A DNA stretch of 64,000 nucleotides from the IMG/VR virus record IMGVR_UViG_3300002220_000740, positions 1 through 64,000 of that record, one strand, 5' to 3'. The translations under genes and the position numbers were made by a program. This document shows positions 18,432-24,924 of the stretch, one piece after another; the first letter of the stretch is position 1, and each line of letters starts with the position of its first letter. The notes below the pieces were generated by a model, which worked only from the letters and a program-made list of their open reading frames with translations, was not told where the DNA came from and did no database searches. Origin of the DNA: a virus (Duplodnaviria; Caudoviricetes).

Positions 18432-18998
18432 ATGAAAAAAGCAATTGTAACACTGAAGGGGATTTCCCCTTATTCACAAGGAAAAAATATCACAGAACCA
18501 AAATTACCAAAAGAACTCGCAGATGCTTATGAATTAAGAGTATGGCGTGAACGAATGCATGTAGATGAAAATGATAATGTCATTATCCCACCCATGCAAT
18601 TTGCAAATTCTCTTAAAGAAGCTGCAAAGTATCTATCTCTTCCTGTACCAGGAAAAGGTAAACAGCTATTTACCAAACATTTTGAATCAGGTGTAATGGT
18701 GTTGGATCCACTATCGCTTAAGATCAATAAAAAAGATGTACCATGTGAAGCTGTATTTGTACCAGCCAATGGACAAAGGGGTAGTGCCGCAAGAGTTATG
18801 AAATACTTTCCACTGTTCAAAGCAGGATGGGTTGGTGAAGTAACATATATCATTACAGATGATATTATTACTGAGGATATATTTCGTCAGGTACTTGAAG
18901 CGTGTGGAAGCTTAATAGGCATTGGAAGATTTCGTCCCAGGAACTGGGGCTATTATGGTCGTTTTGAAATAACTAAACTGAAATGGATAGAAAACTAA
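18432..18998 (+). CDS. Stand-alone RAMP (Cas7-like, Vipr-like) RNA-binding protein
   Basis: N-terminal strand VTLKGISP, IIPPMQFANSLKEAA (cf. RAMP 'IPGSSLKG' helix), C-terminal Gly-rich loop GIGRFRPRNWGYYGRF. Confidence 0.8.
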   Translation: MKKAIVTLKGISPYSQGKNITEPKLPKELADAYELRVWRERMHVDENDNVIIPPMQFANSLKEAAKYLSLPVPGKGKQLFTKHFESGVMVLDPLSLKINKKDVPCEAVFVPANGQRGSAARVMKYFPLFKAGWVGEVTYIITDDIITEDIFRQVLEACGSLIGIGRFRPRNWGYYGRFEITKLKWIEN

Positions 18999-19537
18999 AG
19001 CCAACCCTTACAATTCAAGAAGTTAGTGTTGAGACATTAACAATTGAAGCGTTCTTAAGCGAAGTAAAAGCTCCGGGATTAAAGTTATCCTACGAAGAGA
19101 TAAGCACAGCAACTGGTGTTACTCTTGATGTCAGAGGTAAAACATATCTTAGAACAGCTTTGAAAAGACTTAAAATTGAGTACCTGACTTATCGAAACTG
19201 GGGGATAGCTATGCCATCTAAGACAACAGCTATGAATGTTATTGATGATCGTATGCTTAAGACTCACAGAGCTGTGAAGAAGACACGCAGGGCTGAAGTT
19301 AATATTGGAACTGAGTTTCAAGGTAAATTCTCAAAACCAACTCAGGAAAGATTTGATAAATCAGTATACATCACATCTGAGCTTAATAAGACAATTTCCA
19401 AGCATCTTCGATCAAATAAAGCTAAAACGGTAAAACCCGTTAAATCACCCAGTCCTAAAGATTGTTTCCAATTTGAAGACACTAACAATAATTCGAAGTT
19501 CGTTGAATCGAAGCTCGTTGGAGCAGAGTTAGGTTAG
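18983..19537 (+). CDS. Basic accessory protein, wHTH-like, overlapping the RAMP gene
   Basis: LSYEEISTATG...LRTALKRL...YRNWGI resembles wHTH; Lys-rich; 3' end runs into the first pentamer tract. Confidence 0.6.
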   Translation: MDRKLKPTLTIQEVSVETLTIEAFLSEVKAPGLKLSYEEISTATGVTLDVRGKTYLRTALKRLKIEYLTYRNWGIAMPSKTTAMNVIDDRMLKTHRAVKKTRRAEVNIGTEFQGKFSKPTQERFDKSVYITSELNKTISKHLRSNKAKTVKPVKSPSPKDCFQFEDTNNNSKFVESKLVGAELG

Positions 19538-19571
19538 ATGCGTTACAGCGCGATAAATTCAAGTGAGGCAT
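19497..19571 (+). ncRNA. Pentamer-periodic tract 1 (15 x RDY-NN), putative guide RNA
   Basis: agt-tc gtt-ga atc-ga agc-tc gtt-gg agc-ag agt-ta ggt-ta gat-gc gtt-ac agc-gc gat-aa att-ca agt-ga ggc-at, then GGA. Confidence 0.8.
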
Positions 19572-19574
19572 GGA

Positions 19575-19620
19575 GCCAGTAGCACGTCGCTTTAGTGGAG
19601 TATAGCCACAACTGGTACTA
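19575..19620 (+). ncRNA. Mini tRNA-like spacer 1 (degenerate)
   Basis: GCCAGT/ACTGGT stem, inner AGC/GCT hairpin, GTGG-7nt-CCAC T-like arm, tail ACTA. Confidence 0.55.
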
Positions 19621-19623
19621 ATA

Positions 19624-19683
19624 AACACGATTAAGTTCGGTTTCGCACGATTAGTTTCAGTGGAGTGCGGTAAATTAAGGTAA
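19624..19683 (+). ncRNA. Pentamer-periodic tract 2 (12 units), putative guide RNA
   Basis: aac-ac gat-ta agt-tc ggt-tt cgc-ac gat-ta gtt-tc agt-gg agt-gc ggt-aa att-aa ggt-aa, then GGA. Confidence 0.8.
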
Positions 19684-19690
19684 GGATTTC

Positions 19691-19742
19691 GTTCAGGAAG
19701 GCTAATGGCTTGTAATAGGTTCGATTCCTATCCTGAACACAA
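19691..19742 (+). ncRNA. Mini tRNA-like spacer 2
   Basis: 7-bp GTTCAGG/CCTGAAC acceptor stacked on ATAGG-TTCGATT-CCTAT T arm; one small AGGC/GCTT hairpin; tail ACAA. Confidence 0.85.
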
Positions 19743-19749
19743 TATAAAC

Positions 19750-19839
19750 AATGTATTATAATGCAACCTCGTGTGTCAGAATAAAGTACAGTTCGTTTTC
19801 GTTCGTTCTGGTGCGATGTAGTAAAGTTTAGTAAAGCAA
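19750..19839 (+). ncRNA. Pentamer-periodic tract 3 (18 units), putative guide RNA
   Basis: aat-gt att-at aat-gc aac-ct cgt-gt gtc-ag aat-aa agt-ac agt-tc gtt-tt cgt-tc gtt-ct ggt-gc gat-gt agt-aa agt-tt agt-aa agc-aa, then GGA. Confidence 0.8.
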
Positions 19840-19846
19840 GGATTAC

Positions 19847-19891
19847 ACCCAGGAAAGAGATCAGTAGGTTTGACTCCTACCCTGGGTACAA
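19847..19891 (+). ncRNA. Mini tRNA-like spacer 3
   Basis: 7-bp ACCCAGG/CCTGGGT acceptor, GTAGG-TTTGACT-CCTAC T arm, only a 10-nt linker, tail ACAA. Confidence 0.85.
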
Positions 19892-19898
19892 TTAAACT

Positions 19899-19963
19899 AA
19901 TCGGTTTAGTTATAGCAGAACGTGCTTCGGTTTAGTTTAGCTCGGTGAAATAAGGTAAGGTAA
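19899..19963 (+). ncRNA. Pentamer-periodic tract 4 (13 units), putative guide RNA
   Basis: aat-cg gtt-ta gtt-at agc-ag aac-gt gct-tc ggt-tt agt-tt agc-tc ggt-ga aat-aa ggt-aa ggt-aa, then a T-run. Confidence 0.8.
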
Positions 19964-19983
19964 TTTTTATTTAAAATCAAATT

Positions 19984-21129
19984 ATGATAACACTTCTTAA
20001 AATAGACAGTGCGGACAAGATCCGCGTTATCAACCTTGAGCCTACTGATAGTGGGATCAAGCGTACAGCCGGTGTATATGGTGGCAACCTGGTTGAGACA
20101 TTCACACCATGCAGCCCCAAGAACATTGGCAAATCCAACGAAACCAGGCTATCAGACCAGATAGCATCAGAGATTATCTCTACTGTAAATGAGAAATGCA
20201 ACGAAGGTTATGTTTGTATTCCTGTATCATTTGATGAAGGTGCCTCTGAAGCAGATATTCGTAAGTATATCAAGGAAAATGCTACAGCAGCTCCCCAGGC
20301 AATGCTTGCTAAGCAATATGAAGAAAAATACGCCGACTTTAAGAATGGTGTGCTTTGCAGCCCCAAGCTTGATGGACAGCGCTGTATGGCTGTTGTGCCT
20401 AAGAGTGGAGACATTATACTCTGGTCACGCGGGGGTAAGCAAATCGAGACAATGGGTCATATAGTAAGAGATCTTGAAATCCTTCGAGACAATGGATTTG
20501 TAGGTACCCTTGATGGAGAACTGTATTACCATGACAAGGGCGCTGAGAACTTCCAGGATATCATGAAAGCAATCAAGAAGTATCGTCCGGGAACGTCGGA
20601 AGACGTACAGTACTGGGTATATGATATCATCTCATTAACCGGAACTGCTCAGGACAGAGCTTTTGCATATGGTGTAGCTATCCATGGCTGTAATCTTACT
20701 CATATTCATGTAGTGCCTCAATTTATGGTACATTCAAAGAGAATAGCAGATGACTTTCACGAAGAAAATCTTGCTCAAGGCTACGAAGGAACAATGCTGA
20801 AGAACGCACTATCCCTATACCAGCCTGACAAACGGTCGTCAGATCTGCTCAAGCTAAAAGATTTTCAGGATGCAGAGTATCAAATTGTGGATATTGTGCC
20901 TATGGAACGTATGCCAGAGTGTGGAAAGGTTGTTTGCAACAGGATGTATGATGATGGTACATTCAAAACATTCACAGCTACACCCAAGGCAAGCTATGCT
21001 GATCGCAAAGAACTCCTGGATAACAAGAAAGATTACATTGGCAAGATGGCTACAATACAGTATTTCAGCCTGACTGATGATGGACTACCAAGGTTCCCAG
21101 TGATGAAAAGCATTCGTGAGGATATATAA
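19984..21129 (+). CDS. ATP-dependent DNA ligase
   Basis: SPKLDGQR (motif I), LDGELY, YEGTMLK, LLKLKDF, PRFPV. Confidence 0.95.
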   Translation: MITLLKIDSADKIRVINLEPTDSGIKRTAGVYGGNLVETFTPCSPKNIGKSNETRLSDQIASEIISTVNEKCNEGYVCIPVSFDEGASEADIRKYIKENATAAPQAMLAKQYEEKYADFKNGVLCSPKLDGQRCMAVVPKSGDIILWSRGGKQIETMGHIVRDLEILRDNGFVGTLDGELYYHDKGAENFQDIMKAIKKYRPGTSEDVQYWVYDIISLTGTAQDRAFAYGVAIHGCNLTHIHVVPQFMVHSKRIADDFHEENLAQGYEGTMLKNALSLYQPDKRSSDLLKLKDFQDAEYQIVDIVPMERMPECGKVVCNRMYDDGTFKTFTATPKASYADRKELLDNKKDYIGKMATIQYFSLTDDGLPRFPVMKSIREDI

Positions 21130-21131
21130 GC

Positions 21132-21200
21132 GGAGTGCAGCTCGCGGACGAGAGTAACTTGTGCGCACAAGTGGACGGTGGTTTGAATCCATTCACTCCA
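21132..21200 (+). tRNA. tRNA-like/pseudo-tRNA with palindromic anticodon arm
   Basis: GGAGTG/CACTCC acceptor, GGTGG-TTTGAAT-CCATT T arm; anticodon arm is the perfect palindrome ACTTGTGCGCACAAGT. Confidence 0.55.
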
Positions 21201-21207
21201 ATCAAAG

Positions 21208-21283
21208 TAGAATGTAGCTCAGTTGGTGAGAGCAAGGGGTCTTAAACTCAGAGGTCGCAGGTTCGAATCCTGTCATTCTACCA
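21208..21283 (+). tRNA. tRNA with weak anticodon stem; positional anticodon TTA
   Basis: TAGAATG/CATTCTA, GCTC/GAGC D arm, AGGTC variable loop, GCAGG-TTCGAAT-CCTGT; loop TCTTAAA. Confidence 0.75.
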
Positions 21284-21284
21284 A

Positions 21285-21622
21285 ATCATTTTCGTTGACA
21301 CAATTAGTAACGCTACTCAGGACGCGGCTTCGACGCCGCCACCTCCACCAATAGTTTCTGGACTTAAACCAGATGGTGGACCCGCTGATTGTCTTCAGAT
21401 CAGCCCCTGTGTTGAGCTCACGTTAAAAAGCTCATCTCATAAGGGGGTGTAATGGATTTGACTGGTAGTCAGTATGAATTGCCGAGAAGATGATCTGCCT
21501 ATAAACGGCAAATTTTCAATCGCATCTGAAGGAAGGGTTGTTCCGATGACCCGTCAGCAGCTGAAAGCTGTTGCCTAAAGCGTTTCCGGTAGCTCCGGAT
21601 CGGGGAGTACGACAACTCCCCT
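21285..21622 (+). ncRNA. ssrA: Circularly permuted (two-piece) tmRNA
   Basis: Acceptor piece ending CACCTCCACCA (21350) precedes the 5' piece GGGGGTGTAATGGATTTGAC (21443). G3-U70 pair present. Tag ORF at 21507-21578 after ATAAAC. Confidence 0.85.
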
Positions 21623-21706
21623 CTCATCACACCCCTTGCTTATCTCCGAATGCACGCATGCAAACGCTATGAGAAGCAAGGGGTTTTCTATGCCTATCCA
21701 TAAACT

Positions 21707-21976
21707 ATGAATACATTCAGCAAACCCAAGGAAGCCATCACGAAAATCGTGAAGGTAATTGCAAGCTGCACAACCGAGCAACAGATGCTGACAGCTTACA
21801 ACATGATCCAAAACTTCAACAGAACTGCCGCTTATAACGGCGTGATAAACACTGATGAAGTTGCCTCGTATCTACGAGGTGCTTACGATCTCCAGGAACT
21901 TAAACTCTGGAAGGTCAGCCCGCAAGTCGGGGATTTATTGTGCGAAGAAATTCAAACAGAACATTCTGTTGTATAA
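21707..21976 (+). CDS. Hypothetical protein
   Basis: 89-aa ORF with an AT-rich leader. Confidence 0.6.
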   Translation: MNTFSKPKEAITKIVKVIASCTTEQQMLTAYNMIQNFNRTAAYNGVINTDEVASYLRGAYDLQELKLWKVSPQVGDLLCEEIQTEHSVV

Positions 21977-22059
21977 CAAGAAAAAGAGTTTATCAAAAGA
22001 ATTTAATCAGCATTTAATATTGTTAAACCCAACTATTATTTTAATTTTACACTACAATC

Positions 22060-22590
22060 ATGGAAAAAAGTTTCGTAACAGTGGTCGGTATATCCGACAT
22101 GAGGCAGGACAAGAATGGTAACGATTTTCGTACCATCACAGTTCAGAATCCTGTATTTCAGACAGTCGTCGATGAAGCATCAGGCGATGTAAGAACTGAG
22201 CTTACCCCAGCTCTGAAGGGGACAAGGAGTGCATATGAGGAATCTTACCTTGACGGCACCAAAGACTGGCTTGCCAATGCACAGGTAGGTCACATCATCG
22301 CAGGCAGGGTTGAGAAACGTGCTGTTGAACAGTACGATTTCATTGGCAAGGATGGTAGTGCTCGCATTGCATCATCGTACACATGCCCTGTGTTCGGTGA
22401 CACAACCCAGGAAAGCTGGGAGAGTGTGGTGAAAACTGCATTCCGCAACAGCGGTCATCCGCTTCCGGGCGATACAACTGCAAAGAAGTCGGAAGCTACG
22501 GCTGAAGCTCCTGCAGAAGCACCTCGCGTTGACATAACCGCAGGCGTTACTGCTCCTTCATCGAAGAAAGCAGTTGTTCAGGAGTTCTAA
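22060..22590 (+). CDS. Hypothetical protein, possibly ssDNA-binding (OB-like)
   Basis: Beta-rich N-terminus, low-complexity Ala/Pro tail, followed by a terminator hairpin at 22603-22626. Confidence 0.55.
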   Translation: MEKSFVTVVGISDMRQDKNGNDFRTITVQNPVFQTVVDEASGDVRTELTPALKGTRSAYEESYLDGTKDWLANAQVGHIIAGRVEKRAVEQYDFIGKDGSARIASSYTCPVFGDTTQESWESVVKTAFRNSGHPLPGDTTAKKSEATAEAPAEAPRVDITAGVTAPSSKKAVVQEF

Positions 22591-22650
22591 CAACATAAAG
22601 TGGAGCCTGGTAACCAATCCAGGCTCTGCTTTTAATAACAAGTCAAGAAA

Positions 22651-23028
22651 ATGAATAGAGTAAGCATAGCAACTGAAGTGTGGAAGACCGAGAACGGCAG
22701 CATTGCCCTCAGCGACCGCAACAACATGACCGACGAGTACCTTCAGAACATACTTAAGTATTCTGAGCGCCGGTACATGCATTTCAACAACATGGCGGTA
22801 TCAGTATCCCTGGAACTGGAGAGACTTGAGAAAGAGTCATCAAAAGCATACGCTACCAGCGTAAAGTTCAAAGATCTGATCCATAGCATCCGCAAGGAAG
22901 CTGACCGTCGTGGTATTACAATACGCTCTCTGGCGGATGAGAACCCTGACAAGTTTGACATTCTCCGGAATGATTTCAAACTGGACCAGGTTCAGGAACA
23001 ATTAGAACTTGCATTTGAACACGCATGA
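22651..23028 (+). CDS. Hypothetical protein
   Basis: 125 aa, coupled to polA by ATGA. Confidence 0.65.
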   Translation: MNRVSIATEVWKTENGSIALSDRNNMTDEYLQNILKYSERRYMHFNNMAVSVSLELERLEKESSKAYATSVKFKDLIHSIRKEADRRGITIRSLADENPDKFDILRNDFKLDQVQEQLELAFEHA

Positions 23029-24914
23029 TCTATTTCATCTCTAACCAGGCACGCTGGCAGAGCTCATTCGCAACGGCTACCATAAACAATGTGATAGAGT
23101 TCTGCCAGTACGCCGGTAAGATTGGTGTAGACACCGAAACTACCGGCTTTGATTACATAAATGGACGCATTATTATGCTCCAGATAGGTAATGAAACAGA
23201 CCAGTTTGTCATTGATGCACGCAATGTGGATATCCTTCCGCTTAAACCCATCCTTGAATCCAAGTCTATCCTCAAATACCTGCAGAACGTCAAGTTCGAT
23301 TATAAGTTCTTACGCTCAGCAGGCATAACACTTGAGAATGTGGTGGATACCATGCTACAAGAGCAAATTTTGCTCAATGGCAAACAGTGGGAAGGGTTTG
23401 GACTGGATGATCTCGTGATTAAGTACATGAAGATTGCGCTTGACAAGTCAACCAGGGCAGAATTTAGCACATGGGGCAATCGTGAGTTTACCGATAAGCA
23501 AATTATATATGCCGCAGACGATGTCAAATACCTGATTCCTATATCTGACCTGCAAGAGTTTGAGGCAGCGAGACATAACCTCGGACTTATATTCAATTTG
23601 GAGAACTCCGCAGCCCTGGCAATAGCCGATATATCATTTAATGGTATAGCAATTAACCGCAATGCCTGGCTGAATATAGCCGCTACTGCAAAAGAGGAAA
23701 CACGCAAGATTGAACTGGAACTTGATCAGCTGGTAATGGCTGAGCCTGCGATGTTCGAAGCACTTCAGCCTGAAGCACTACAGCAGGATCTCTTCATCCC
23801 TACCAGCGAACTGCGTAAGATCGAAGTTAAATGGTCTTCACCTGCTCAGGCACTGGAGGTAATGCAAATGATTATCCCCAAATTGGAGAATGTGAATGCC
23901 GATGAGCTTGCACCATTCCGGTTTGAATCTCCTATCATAGACAAATACATCACTTATAAGGAGTTTGCCAAGCGGTCAACATCATACGGTGAGGGTTTTC
24001 TGGACAATGTCAAATCAGACGGCAGGATTCACACCAATTTCAGACAACTGCTGGTAACCGGCAGACTCAGCTCTTCAGAGCCGAACATGCAACAGATCCC
24101 AAGCAGCAACCTTTATCGTAACTGCTTTGAGCCTGGGTATCCCGGATGGGTGTTTGTAAGTGGTGACTATGCGTCACAGGAATTGGCTCTGATTGCTTAT
24201 GCCAGCGGAGATCCTGTATGGCTTGGTGCACTGGAAACGGGTAAGGACCTGCACAGCGTATGTGCCGAGATGGTATTCAAGGACGAATGGCTTGCAGCAG
24301 CTGAACCTGATTGTGCATTTTACAAGAACCAGGCGAAAGCCAAATGTGAATGTAAGCGGCATAAGAAACTCAGGCAGTCTGTCAAAGAGATCAATTTTGG
24401 TCTTGCTTACGGAATGACAGAAATGAAACTATCAAGCAAACTGCGCATTGAGGTCAACCAGGCAGCCAAACTGATCCGTGATTACTTTAAGATATTCCCC
24501 AACATCAAGCAATACCTTGATAACAGTGGGTTATTCGGAGTACAGCGCGGCTACATCAGAACCCTCGCACCCTGGGGACGTATCCGCTGGTTTGACAGGT
24601 GGCGTGCAGAAGGCATGGAATGGTCTGACCAAGGAAGCATAGAGCGTGAGTCAAAAAACACTCCTATACAAGGAGCTGGTGCTGACATGGTCAAGTATGC
24701 CCTGATACAGATCCGTAACTACATTCGCTACAGTCAGGCGCCGGTGCAGATCGTGATGCAGGTACATGATCAGATTGATACGATCTGTCCTGCGGACTAC
24801 GCTCCTCAGTGGAGAGTGAAACTCAAAGAGCTGATGGAAGACGCAGCTTTGAAAACAATCCCTTCAGGGCTACTGAAGGCTGAAGTTAACATCTCACTCG
24901 TGTGGGAGAAATAA
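23025..24914 (+). CDS. polA: Family A DNA polymerase with 3'-5' exonuclease
   Basis: DTETTG, YAADDV exo motifs; TGRLSSSEPNMQQIP; DYASQEL (A); KEINFGLAYG (B); QVHDQI (C). Confidence 0.95.
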   Translation: MIYFISNQARWQSSFATATINNVIEFCQYAGKIGVDTETTGFDYINGRIIMLQIGNETDQFVIDARNVDILPLKPILESKSILKYLQNVKFDYKFLRSAGITLENVVDTMLQEQILLNGKQWEGFGLDDLVIKYMKIALDKSTRAEFSTWGNREFTDKQIIYAADDVKYLIPISDLQEFEAARHNLGLIFNLENSAALAIADISFNGIAINRNAWLNIAATAKEETRKIELELDQLVMAEPAMFEALQPEALQQDLFIPTSELRKIEVKWSSPAQALEVMQMIIPKLENVNADELAPFRFESPIIDKYITYKEFAKRSTSYGEGFLDNVKSDGRIHTNFRQLLVTGRLSSSEPNMQQIPSSNLYRNCFEPGYPGWVFVSGDYASQELALIAYASGDPVWLGALETGKDLHSVCAEMVFKDEWLAAAEPDCAFYKNQAKAKCECKRHKKLRQSVKEINFGLAYGMTEMKLSSKLRIEVNQAAKLIRDYFKIFPNIKQYLDNSGLFGVQRGYIRTLAPWGRIRWFDRWRAEGMEWSDQGSIERESKNTPIQGAGADMVKYALIQIRNYIRYSQAPVQIVMQVHDQIDTICPADYAPQWRVKLKELMEDAALKTIPSGLLKAEVNISLVWEK

Positions 24915-24924
24915 TATAAATCAA

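Noticed and set aside
19490-19970. CRISPR array next to a Cas7-like gene
   Set aside because: No identical 25-45 bp direct repeats with spacers, and no other cas genes. The periodicity is 5 nt and the separators are structurally, not sequence, conserved.
19490-19970. Simple decayed microsatellite
   Set aside because: Variation is concentrated at two fixed positions of each pentamer, while position 3 is a pyrimidine in all 58 units across four separately phased tracts; random decay would not be position-specific.
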